Source of the DNA: Octopus vulgaris
Taxonomy: Eukaryota
NCBI GenBank assembly: GCA_951406725.2
Contig: OX597823.1
Coordinates: 113,770,001-113,834,000, forward strand
Reading direction: 5' to 3'
DNA: 64,000 nucleotides
The position numbers and the translations under genes were made by a program. Numbering within the stretch: position 1 is the stretch's first letter; each line of letters begins with the position of its first letter. The notes beneath the pieces were generated by a model. The model was not told the origin of the DNA. It saw only the letters and a program-made list of their open reading frames with translations, and searched no databases. Positions 44,387-55,212 of this stretch are shown here, piece after piece.

Positions 44387-45324
44387 GCGCGCGCGTGTAT
44401 GTGTGCATTTCCCTTTTTTATTTCTTCTACCTGATTTATGATGTGAAGATGTTGAAATACGATGAATCATAAGAGGATTTCGTTTTGCCCATAAATAACA
44501 GAAGCGCTGGTTCTATTATTCATTTTTATTATTATTATTAATCCCTTTATTAACCAATCTACTACTAGATTGTTTGTTTAATCATTTGAATAATCAGTCA
44601 AGCAGCTATTTTGTTAGCTTCCTTTCAGCGAGTGTATATGTGTGCGTGGGTGTTTATTCATCGGGATATAAGTTACGTTTTGTCGCTTCCTTTATTTTTC
44701 TTTCTTTTGTGTTCATTTAGAAAGATTGAATTTCAATTTTTTCGACCGTCTGTCATTTTGACTTATACATTTATATACCAAGAGAATAAAGCTACTATGT
44801 ACAGGTTTACTTATTCACACATGGCCACAAATGTTTATAACATTAAAGATACATAAACATGTATTACATGTCTATAATCATATATATACATATATAAACA
44901 TGTATGCATTTGAGCAGACGTTCATACACACGGACATATATTTATAAGAATGCATATATTCAAATATGCATATGTGAACTTATAGTTAAGTATTAAGACA
45001 CATACGTACGTATGCGTATCTCTAACGATATAAACATACTTAGTTGTGTGAAGCAACCACACATACACGCATAAACGCAAATACACATAAATGAATAAAT
45101 GTACGTATATATGATTACCTACTAGGACAACAAGATAGGCATGGAACAACGAGGGCATTTGAAGTATATTATTGTTTATGTCAACAAAAGGAGTTAGTTG
45201 AATTAACTTGTTAGTTAATATGTTTATTAGTTGGTTAGTTGACAGCTAATAATAAGTAAAATAAAAAAAAAGGACACGAAATTTTTGTTGGCAAAATATT
45301 TTCCCCAAGATATATGTATATATA

Positions 45325-45546
45325 TTTCTTTATTACCCACAAGGGGATAAGCATAGAGGGGACAAACAAGGACAGACAAAGATATTAAGTCGATTATATC
45401 GCCCCCAGTGCGTAACTGGTACTTAATTTATCGATCCCGAAAGGATGAATGGCAAAGTCGACCTCGGTGGAATTTGAAATCAGAACATAACAGCAGACGA
45501 AATACGGGTACGCATTTCGCCCGCCGTGCTAACGTTTCTGCCAGCT
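45325..45546 (-). mobile_element. SINE of the 30168-30814 family
   Basis: Reverse-complement similarity: CCCGAAAGGATGAA.GGCAAAGTCGACCTCGG and GCTAACG.TTCTGCCAGCT. Confidence 0.75.
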
Positions 45547-45576
45547 TGATGTCTTAGATATATGTATATATGTAAA

Positions 45577-45640
<64 letters not shown>

Positions 45641-45958
45641 TGTGTGTGTGTGTGTGGAAGGGTTTTAGGTGGATGGGTGTGCCTGCGCGTGTCATGTGTG
45701 TATGCAAATATGTAGTGAAAAACAAAAAAAAATTGTTTTAGAGCTTTATCATTGATAAAGCAGAGTATTTATATTTTTGGAACCATTCTACCGGTTTCAG
45801 CCATATTGGAAAAACGGATTTAATCATGCTGAAATAAAAAGGTAAATGTATTTCAATACAAAAACTTAGGTCGAACTCACGTGATGTAAATTCTAGCAGT
45901 TGATGTTTTTCTCCCAAAAGTCCCGTGATGCTGGTTTCTTCTGAATGATCCTGGATCA

Positions 45959-46029
<71 letters not shown>

Positions 46030-46092
46030 ATTATAGTAGTAGTACTAGTAGTACTAGTAGTAGTAGTAGTACTAGTAGTAGTTCAAGTAGTA
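45959..46092. repeat. (TAG)n microsatellite
   Basis: Read directly from the sequence. Confidence 0.95.
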
Positions 46093-46737
46093 ACAGTTGT
46101 CCATTCTCATTAAGGAGTGGTTACGTATTGTAGCAGCAGAAGAACTTCACAATTTAATTTCGCTCTCATTATCTAAACAATTCCTTTATCTTGGCTAAGT
46201 ATTAATGGAAGAATCATTAAGTAAATGCACATGAGGCTACATAGGTTGGTAGGTAAATATAGAATTGTTACAGAATTAGGAACTACTATACGGCATCTGT
46301 ATGGCAAGCAATAGACTTTTGATATATGAATCATTAAGAAAGCTAAGTTGAAATACAAGAATTGCTCGCACTCATCATTGTTAATAAGTTGAAATACAAA
46401 AATTTCTAGTTAAAGTTACTTGAGGTATTTCCTGAATCAATAAAACATCGAGCTGTACAAAACAAATCGTATAAACCCGATGTAGGGTAAATTAGGTAAC
46501 AAATCTAAGAGACGTACTAGTTGACGCATGCATGAGATATTTTTAGATATAGCGCTTGGGACATACTATACCCTTGTCTCGTAGCCGAGCACAATTTCTC
46601 CTCACACATGCGCTACTTTAATATGAGACGCACGAGTTTGCATGCTACAGTATAGGCATAATTATTTCTAGCATTTGCAGCAAATGTACTAAATATGTTT
46701 TACTAGGAATCAGTCAAATTCATGCAGAGAAAGTATA

Positions 46738-47134
46738 TCTTTATATATAAAAGAGAAGTTGTGTGTCTGTCTCCTTCTATTTAGATTCCTAACTACTCCC
46801 AGATTTTGCAGTGCAGTTTAACCAAAAGCGGGTATCTTATAGTCGTCATTCATATCGAGCCCTTCTGGGTATTAGCGCGCGTCTACGATGAGTCTAGGAT
46901 TAAAAAAAAATTTACCATCAATTTTTTCCATTTTAATGCATTTTGTCGCTATTATATAAAGGAAGTAACTCTCTAAAAATGTCTACGATGAGTCAACGAT
47001 TTAAAAAAAAATTTACAATCATTTTTTTCCATTTTTAGTGCATTTTTTTGGCTATTTTTTGGCTATAACTCTCTAAAAATGCTTATATAGTTACTTCCCT
47101 TACAAACCCGAGCAACGCCGGGCGATACTGCTAG
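46738..47134 (+). mobile_element. Non-autonomous Helitron (about 397 bp)
   Basis: Starts with TC(TTTATATATAAAA) after an A and ends with CTAG before a T. Subterminal hairpin CCCGAGCAACGCCGGG at 47107-47122. Internal tandem duplication of about 100 bp (46881-47080). Confidence 0.85.
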
Positions 47135-47875
47135 TCCAGTTATATTACTGTATTGAACTGGTAAATTACTGGATGTTACTTTCACCAATAACAGAGAAAG
47201 AAGAAATGCCTTCTTTAAGAGAAATTTAAAAGGAAAACTATGAAATACAATAGTACTAACTGCTTTTTCTTTGTTGTTCTGTTCAAACATAATAACAAGC
47301 GCTGTAATGAAGAAAAAGACCGAAAGAAACCTGAAGATTTTCTTAAACTTTTCAATATCCCAACTATTTCTATAATTGCGGAGTACAATAAAATTTCATG
47401 AATCGACCCAAAGAATTCCATTTTATTTTAATATCTATTTTGTTGAAATAATCATTTATTTTTACTGTTTGAAAACTAGAAAAATATTTACTTCTTGAAG
47501 CGCAACTAGAGATAAAACAAGCCAGAAAGAAAAAAAAATCATTATTTCCTTGTTTCACATCACTGGCAAATATCTTAGAGAATTTCCCATAGGTTTTAGG
47601 AAGTTATAAACAGAGTACCCATCACCAGGTGAGGAAAAAACTCCACAACACCGGTTTAACGTAATGCGTTCGTAAAACATGGATAGCCGTAGTGAAAGGG
47701 AGAAAAAGAGGGAGAAAGAATTGGAGGAAGATAGGGAGAGAAATCTAGGTATGATAGCTAAAGCGAGTAACGAATGAGATGTACAGACAAAAAAGATGGA
47801 ATTTATATAGTCGTGCACTGGCAATTTTAAATTCTTAAAGTATTTTTTTAATCAGAAAACAACGGAGACACACAG

Positions 47876-47931
<56 letters not shown>

Positions 47932-48278
47932 TTATAGCGTGATTTCACTTCACTACCGAGCGCAGCTCTGTGTACCTTGGGTTTGTGCTGTGGTTTGGTG
48001 TGATGCTTTTATGGTTACTGTATGGAAAGTGTTCTGCGTAGGATGTGTGCAGTGCCCAGTACTGCAATTTTCTGTATGTTATATGTATTTGTAAGTCCTG
48101 ATGTTTTTGTTATGTATTTGTCTGAATATTTTTTTATCATAGCTAATGCGCCTACTATGATAGGAATTGTTTCTGGTTTTAGATTCCACACTCGAGTTAC
48201 CTCTATTTCCAAGTCTTTGTATTTTGAAAGTTTGTCCCTTTCTTTTAGAGAAACGTTGTTATCTGCTGGTATTGATAC
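47932..48278 (-). mobile_element. 3' fragment of a third R4/Dong-like family (copy C)
   Basis: ORF 48015-48212 (EIEVTRVWNLKPETIPIIVGALAMI...QKIAVLGTAHILRRTLS) aligns with the C-termini of copies A and B. Its 3' end runs directly into (TAA)n on the minus strand (47878-47931). Confidence 0.85.
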
Positions 48279-48304
48279 TTAAATTAGAAAGCATTTTAAA
48301 ATTT

Positions 48305-48311
48305 TATTATA

Positions 48312-48376
<65 letters not shown>

Positions 48377-48379
48377 CAT

Positions 48380-48462
<83 letters not shown>

Positions 48463-48571
48463 TGTTGCTTACAAATAACACAACGAGAAATAATAGCAAT
48501 GCATGTACCCAAAATGTAGTAAGCTGCACTTGTAGATGTAATAAAAGCCTAAAGATGATCAACTAAATAAC

Positions 48572-48625
<54 letters not shown>

Positions 48626-48641
48626 AATAATAACAATAATA

Positions 48642-48672
<31 letters not shown>

Positions 48673-48777
48673 TAATAATGATAACAATAATAATGATAAT
48701 AATAATAATGATAATAACGATGACGACAACGACGACGATGATGGCGATGATGATGATGATGATGATGATGATTAAAT

Positions 48778-48808
<31 letters not shown>

Positions 48809-48890
48809 AAGAACAACAACAACAACAACAAAAACAACAACTACACCCTTAAGAACAATAAGAAACACATCAACAAGTTCAACAACAATG
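48305..48890. repeat. Trinucleotide tracts (TTA)(TAG) 48305-48461 and (ATA/ATG/ACG/AGA/ACA) 48565-48890
   Basis: Read directly from the sequence. Confidence 0.9.
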
Positions 48891-49620
48891 AGATTAATTG
48901 CATCATTAATATAGTTTTAGAGATTATATTTAAAGCAAGTGAATGGCGATGGATGTTCCAGTAGCTGTCCTGGTGAATAGAAGGATTTGGTATAGTAATT
49001 GGAATGATATTTCTTTACAGCGAATCTTCAAAATTCCTCTTTACGCTTCTTTGGTATTTTTCTTTGAAGCTACCTTAAAACTATAAGCTCAGAGCTCTAC
49101 CTCTTACAGAACAGATTTAACTATATTCATTCACTAGTTATTTGAAACCTAAATTTAGTTTCGAATGAGATATAAATAGTACATGTAAAAATAATTTTGT
49201 AATTACGCGGGAAGAAAGAATTAGGTTCAGAGTTCGGTGAGTTTAGCTCCATTGCGTTTAGGGATTGTTTGTAATTATCGTGCAATTGTCCGAATTTATA
49301 GCTAGGCATCAATTGTCCCCTTCCACTTCTTCCGTGTATGTAACATAAATACATCTTCAGTTTCGTTTCTATTTCACGATTTAGCCCTGTTTTATCTTTC
49401 AGTTTTATAGCTACAACGTTCGTTGAATATCGATTTAGGTTGCTGTAGTTAAGATTATGCTGGAATCTACCAGTTTTAGAATTCTTTGGGCTCTCTTTTC
49501 TTACAATGCATTCACTGTAATGCCATAAGAATATATATGTATATATATATGTATATATGCAGACACACACACACACACACATATATACATATAATAATAA
49601 TAATAATGATAATAATAATG

Positions 49621-49717
<97 letters not shown>

Positions 49718-49718
<1 letters not shown>

Positions 49719-52700
49719 GAAAAAACGAAAAAACGAAGAGAGGATTGAAAGAGTTAGTATAAGTGATAGGCAAAGTGAAATACGCCCTGAACCAATCATA
49801 AACACTAAGACAGATGAGCATCAAATAGATAAAGAAAGTCATACAAATATTGACCCAACAGAACTACATGAGCTAAAAAATCAAATCATGATTGAATGGC
49901 TGAAAATTAAAGAAACCAGCATGGATGAGCGTGATACACTTCCTAAAATCCGCAACTCTAACCAAAACATGAAAATAATTGGTAAAATCCGGCTTGCACT
50001 TAAGGATATAATTTCAGTTAATGATGTTGATATCACAAACCTCAACCACCTATACTATGCATCCGCGAAAATCTCAACGATCCTATGTGGTGTAAAGATT
50101 AGAAAACGGCAACAGTCCCACAAAAAGCCTTCTTGGCAAGAGCGTCTGCAACAACAAATTAAAATATTTAGATCTGACATTGAATATTTGAAAAACCTTA
50201 AGGCTCACAAGATTACCAAACCTACAAAAACCCAAAAATTACTGAAAAAATACAATATGAAAACTATACTTGATATTGATGCCACCATAGAAACCATCAA
50301 ACAAAAGGTATCTGCCAAAGCTGCCCGCATAGCGAGGTATGAAAAGCGTGTTAGATTTTTCAAGGACAACAACATGTTCAAAAATAACACCAAGAATTTT
50401 TACAGGAAGATAGGAAAAACAGCGTTTACTGCAGGGTCTGTACCATCAAAAGAAGAAGTGCAGAGATTTTGGAATAAAATCTGGGCAGAAGAAAAAACAC
50501 ACAACGAAAAGGCCCCCTGGATTGACAGAATATCTACAGAACTGGACCCCTTAGAAGAGCAAAAGTGGGAGGGTGTCAAGGTAGAAGATATAAGATCTGC
50601 TCTCAGGAGGTCAAGCAAATGGAAGTCTCCAGGAAAGGATAAAATTCCTAACTTCTGGCTGAATGCCTTCCCAGAGAGCCATGAACTGCTAACAGAACTG
50701 TACAATGATGTTTTGCAACACCCTAGTAGGATGCCTCCTTGGCTAGTTAATGGGTTAACATTCCTGCTTCCAAAAAGTGAAGAAACAAATGAACCAAAAA
50801 ACTATAGACCCATAACCTGCTTAACAACTATGTACAAAACACTAACATCTGTCCTGACGGAATATACCTATAGTTTTTTAACAGACAGCAGCATATTCCC
50901 TAATGAACAGAAAGGATGTAAACGTGGATCCTACGGCTGTAAAGACCAACTACTCATCAATAATATGATCTTAGAAGATTGTCACAAACGACACAAAAAC
51001 TTATCAATAGCCTGGATAGACTATAAAAAGGCTTTTGATAGCCTACCACATAGCTGGATTAGGAAATGCCTTGAAATGTATAAGATAGCACCAACTCTGC
51101 GAAACTTCTTGACTGTAAGTATGAGATCATGGAGAACCACACTAACTCTGAACAGTGACAGTGAATCCCTAAATGCTGGTGATGTAAAAATTTCGTGTGG
51201 CATTTTCCAGGGTGACTCACTGTCACCACTCCTCTTTTGTTTATCCTTAATACCTCTCTCAAAGCTGCTCAATGACGCGCAGTACGGGTATAAAATGTTT
51301 GATAAAAATATAAATCATCTCGTTTACATGGATGATTTAAAGCTTTTTGCAAAAAATGATCAACAACTCAAGGGCTTACTAGCGATAGTCAAACAATTCA
51401 GTGACGACATCAGAATGCAATTCGGCCTCGATAAATGTGCAAAGGCTACCTTTATCAAAGGAAAAATGACAGAAACATCTAACGTTAACCTTGACCAACA
51501 GAATGTCATAAAAGAACTAGACCCAGCGGAGAGCTACAAGTACCTAGGGATAATTGAAGGGAACGGAATAAGGCATTCAGAGATGAAGGAAAGGATCAGG
51601 AGAGAATGCTATCGAAGAGTGAGAGCAATACTCAAGACAGAGCTGAATGCAAGAAACAGGATCGAAGCAATCAATGCATTAGCTATACCAGTCGTGACTT
51701 ACAGTTTCAATATTGTTAACTGGTCAATTACTGAAATATGTCAGCTCGACAGAAAAATAAGGAAACTGTTGACAATGCATAGAATGCACCACCCTAAGGC
51801 AGATACAGAACGACTCTATCTGCCAAGAAAAGAGGGAGGCCGTGGTCTTTTGCAACTGGCAATAACAATGAAGATTGCTACAATTGGCCTAGACACCTAC
51901 CTGAAAAACTCTGAGGACTGGATGCTAAAACTTGTCTCAAAACATGAAAACAAGAAAGCATCATACTCAGTCACAAAACAGGCAAAGGAATATCTAAGTG
52001 AATTCCGAATACAACCAATTTCGGAATTAGAGATAGATATACAAGAAACAAGCACAGAAAAAGCTAGGCGCATGAAAACCCGTGCCAAAACTGCGGCCTT
52101 AGATATTCTGAATAATAAATGGCAAGAAAAACCTCTCTATGGCAAATACCCAAAGAGAGCGAATAATGCAGATATCGACAAAGCCCTGACCCATCAATGG
52201 CTAATGGCCTCTGGCTTAAAATCTGAAACAGAGGGGTTTATCATAGCAGCTCAAGATCAATGCCTACCAACAAGAAACTACCAGGCCAACATATTAAAGA
52301 TCAGAAGCAGTCCAACGTGTCGTGTATGCAAGCAACAAAATGAAACCATTGACCATGTGGTCTCCAAGTGCAGTCTTCTAGCGCCTACAGAGTATCTCAA
52401 CAGGCACGATAGAGCTGCACAATATATTCACTGGGTAATCTGTAAAAACCTGGATTTGCCCCATGAAAAAAACTGGTGGGAACACAAACCACCCCCAGTG
52501 CTTGAAAATGACCACATCTCACTCCTCTGGAACTTCACCATTCAAACTGACAGGAAGATAGATGCAAATAGGCCAGACATCATATTGAAAAACTTCAAAC
52601 AAAGAACATGCCTCCTCATTGATATGACTGTCCCAATCGATATAAACGTATCTGTCAAGACCTACCAAAAACTGAGCAAATATAAAGATCTTGAAATAGA

Positions 52701-53107
52701 AATCAGCAAAATGTGGAAGCTGAAGACTAAAACAATACCTGTTGTCATAGGTGCCCTGGGAATGATAGCAAAAGGGGCTGATAGCTACCTAACTCAGATA
52801 CCAGGAAACCCAAAAATGGCAGAAGTTCAAAAGATAGTGCTCATGGGAACTGCTCATATCCTACGCAAAATACTCTCTATGTAATCTCAAGGTTTAAAAC
52901 AAACATAATTTTCGGTTTAAAAAAAAAAAAAAAAAAAAAAAACCTTTTTTTTTTTTTAGACATTCATTAGTACAACATCCCCACCCCCCAAATATATGGC
53001 ACACTAGGCATAACAACAACATGAACTTCCAACCCTGTTGTCTCTTGAGGTCTCTGGGTGAGACTTGGAGCCAACTTCTACAAATATAAAGCAAAAGTCA
53101 AACATAG
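49718..53107 (+). mobile_element. R4/Dong-like RLE non-LTR retrotransposon, copy A (5'-truncated), inserted in (TAA)n
   Basis: Flanked by (TAA)n at about 49590-49717 and 53108-53218. Uninterrupted RT-RLE ORF to 52884, then a 3' UTR of about 220 bp. (TAA)n targeting is the known behaviour of Dong elements. Confidence 0.9.
49888..52884 (+). CDS. Reverse transcriptase + CCHC finger + restriction-like endonuclease of Dong-like copy A
   Basis: RT motifs KSPGKD, NYRPITCL, WIDYKKAFDSLPH, GIFQGDSLSP, YMDDLKL, YKYLG. CCHC finger CRVC...HVVSKC. RLE motifs RHD, NRPDII, LIDMTVP, KLSKY. The first internal ATG is 49888. The track's extension to 49486 is translated microsatellite, and the native N-terminus is missing. 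Confidence 0.9.
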   Translation: MIEWLKIKETSMDERDTLPKIRNSNQNMKIIGKIRLALKDIISVNDVDITNLNHLYYASAKISTILCGVKIRKRQQSHKKPSWQERLQQQIKIFRSDIEYLKNLKAHKITKPTKTQKLLKKYNMKTILDIDATIETIKQKVSAKAARIARYEKRVRFFKDNNMFKNNTKNFYRKIGKTAFTAGSVPSKEEVQRFWNKIWAEEKTHNEKAPWIDRISTELDPLEEQKWEGVKVEDIRSALRRSSKWKSPGKDKIPNFWLNAFPESHELLTELYNDVLQHPSRMPPWLVNGLTFLLPKSEETNEPKNYRPITCLTTMYKTLTSVLTEYTYSFLTDSSIFPNEQKGCKRGSYGCKDQLLINNMILEDCHKRHKNLSIAWIDYKKAFDSLPHSWIRKCLEMYKIAPTLRNFLTVSMRSWRTTLTLNSDSESLNAGDVKISCGIFQGDSLSPLLFCLSLIPLSKLLNDAQYGYKMFDKNINHLVYMDDLKLFAKNDQQLKGLLAIVKQFSDDIRMQFGLDKCAKATFIKGKMTETSNVNLDQQNVIKELDPAESYKYLGIIEGNGIRHSEMKERIRRECYRRVRAILKTELNARNRIEAINALAIPVVTYSFNIVNWSITEICQLDRKIRKLLTMHRMHHPKADTERLYLPRKEGGRGLLQLAITMKIATIGLDTYLKNSEDWMLKLVSKHENKKASYSVTKQAKEYLSEFRIQPISELEIDIQETSTEKARRMKTRAKTAALDILNNKWQEKPLYGKYPKRANNADIDKALTHQWLMASGLKSETEGFIIAAQDQCLPTRNYQANILKIRSSPTCRVCKQQNETIDHVVSKCSLLAPTEYLNRHDRAAQYIHWVICKNLDLPHEKNWWEHKPPPVLENDHISLLWNFTIQTDRKIDANRPDIILKNFKQRTCLLIDMTVPIDINVSVKTYQKLSKYKDLEIEISKMWKLKTKTIPVVIGALGMIAKGADSYLTQIPGNPKMAEVQKIVLMGTAHILRKILSM

Positions 53108-53144
53108 AATAATAACAATAATAATAACAATGATAATAATAATA

Positions 53145-53205
<61 letters not shown>

Positions 53206-53416
53206 CAATAATAATAATCGAGAAGAGTATAAAGAAGTAATATACGCTTATTGCTATGCATTAGGTAGGCCATCTCAAGAGAGACACACCGCAAACTCTT
53301 ACAGTATATGGAGAACACGGAATCAAGACAGTAGGCCCTATTTGGACGAGAACAAATTAGCAAATGTGAGGAGAGATATCCTTAGAAATAACAGACTCAC
53401 AGACAGTGAAATAAGC

Positions 53417-55088
53417 GCTTGGGACGAGTATACGCTGGAACATTGTCAGATAGAAGTCGTGGGATTGAAATTATGAAACAGGCCGAGGCTGGGTTATCAG
53501 CGATTGATGTTTCGAAGTTACCAGGTAAATATAAAATTTGGTGCTTGCAGTTCGGCCTGTACCCGCGACTTGCGTGGCCACTTTTAATATACGAAGTAGC
53601 ATTGTCACGAGTTGAAAAGATCGAACAAAAATGTAATGTGTTCATTAGAAAGTGGCTAGGTCTACCTCGTATGTTGAACAGCTCAGCTCTTTATCGTAAA
53701 AGAGGTTCGTTGCAGTTACCAATAGCATCAATAGTCGAAATATATAAGTTGGGGAAGATACGGACGGTCATGATGCTGAGAGAATCGAAGGATATGGAAA
53801 TCAGGCGTAACCCACCAGAGGTGAAAACAGCCAGGAAGTGGAAAGCAGAAGCAGAAACTGACAACATCTTGTCTTCTCTTACACACAGAGATATGGTGGG
53901 AGCAACGCAGAACCATCGGAAAGGATTTGGTTTTGGCGCGGATCAGTTCAGACCGTTTGCAAGCATGATGCCGTTTGAACGCAGATCTGTTGTTAGCAAC
54001 AGCGTCAAAACAAGAGAAGCAGAGAGAAGAGAGCTTCATTTGATCCGATGTGTTCATCAAGGTCAGATGACGAGATGGGAAGAACATGTTGTTGAGAGGA
54101 AGATAAGTTGGGATGAGATGTGGAAGTGGACAACATCTCGGCTGAGTTTCCTGATTCGTTCATCTTATGATGTTTTGCCATCACCTACGAATCTAGTAAG
54201 ATGGAACGTCTTAGAGAATGACGTCTGCAAATGTGGAAAAGTCGGTACACTAAAACATATTCTTTCCAACTGTTCGTTAGCATTGAACAGGTACACATGG
54301 AGGCACAACTTGGTCCTTAAGGTTATCTTCAATGCTATAAAGAATCAAATTCATCTCAACAACACTGAGGAAAAATCGTTAAAAGTACCATCAAGAGAGT
54401 TCATTACCTTCGTGCGACCAGGTCAGCAGATCCGTTTCAAGAAGAAGACCAAGAAACTTCCTGAGAAAAATGAAAAGTGGAACGACTATTGGGAGGTAAC
54501 TGCAGATTTACCTGGGTGCCAGGTTTTCTTTCCCATCCCAGTTTCGAAAAAACCAGATATTTTGATGTGGTGTGAAAGAAAGAAAGTTTTAAATATAGTC
54601 GAGCTAACGGTTCCTCACGAAGATAATATGGACGCCGCTCGAGCTCGAAAATTAAACCGTTATGAAAACCTCCTCGAGGAATATGAAGACGCAGGCTGGA
54701 AAGCGGAACATTTTCCTATCGAAGTCGGATGTAGAGGGTTTGTAGGACACAGCGTGAGACGACTGTTGTTATCGTTAGGCCTAACTCATCGTAAAGTCAA
54801 TACCACCATGACTGATATCCAATCTACAGTGGAGAAGGCTAGCCACTGGATTTGGTTAAAAAGAGACGATGAGCGATGGCTAGAAGTATATTGAGTTCAT
54901 CATAACCAGCTGATCTAGCAAGCGGGGCCTCATATCAGTGAGGGGGCCGGTGCGCATTGATGCCGTCGAGAGGTAGGCCCCGAAACGGCGCGCATTCTCT
55001 CCTGATGACCCCATACACTTGCTAGCTTCCGATATACGGAGCTTTTAACTGGTAGCACTTGCATGTGCAAGTTGTTTGCAAGATATCT
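53417..55088 (+). mobile_element. HERO-like element copy 1, 5'-truncated, head-to-tail with copy 2
   Basis: Matches 57154-58826 at offset 3737/3738. I saw only two differences: G/T at 53462 vs 57199 (Gly/Val) and G5 vs G6 in the 3' UTR. It encodes the C-terminal 491 aa (53419-54894). Confidence 0.9.
54904..55072 (+). ncRNA. Structured 3' UTR of the HERO-like element with hammerhead-core motifs (second copy about 58641-58810)
   Basis: GCCGTC (54962-67) pairs with GAAACGGC (54982-89). GAGAG (54968-72) pairs with CTCTC (54997-55001), which is followed by CTGATGA (55002-08). GGGGCCT pairs with AGGCCCC, and CTAGCAAG with CTTGCTAG. Catalytic activity is not shown. Confidence 0.45.
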
Positions 55089-55116
55089 AAGACCTTGTGG
55101 TAGGTAACCACTGACA

Positions 55117-55212
55117 AACCGGAAAGACGGTTAGGCATCTTGGAAAGACAAGAGGACTGCTCGGAAAGACCAGCGGACAATAGGAAAGACTATCGACACC
55201 AGGAAAGACTGG
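55117..55212 (+). other. Array of five stem-loops with invariant GAAAGA loop in the HERO-like 5' leader
   Basis: AACCG-GAAAGA-CGGTT, TCTTG-GAAAGA-CAAGA, CTGCTCG-GAAAGA-CCAGCGG, ATAG-GAAAGA-CTAT and CCAG-GAAAGA-CTGG, read directly from the sequence. Confidence 0.85.

Noticed and set aside
49486-49717. N-terminal 77 aa of the 1132-aa ORF
   Set aside because: This is flanking DNA and (ATA)n microsatellite that happens to be in frame, not part of the retrotransposon protein.
55121-55209. CRISPR-like repeat-spacer array (GGAAAGAC)
   Set aside because: The 8-bp repeats and 11-13-bp spacers are far too short, there are no cas genes and the context is eukaryotic. A hairpin array explains it better.
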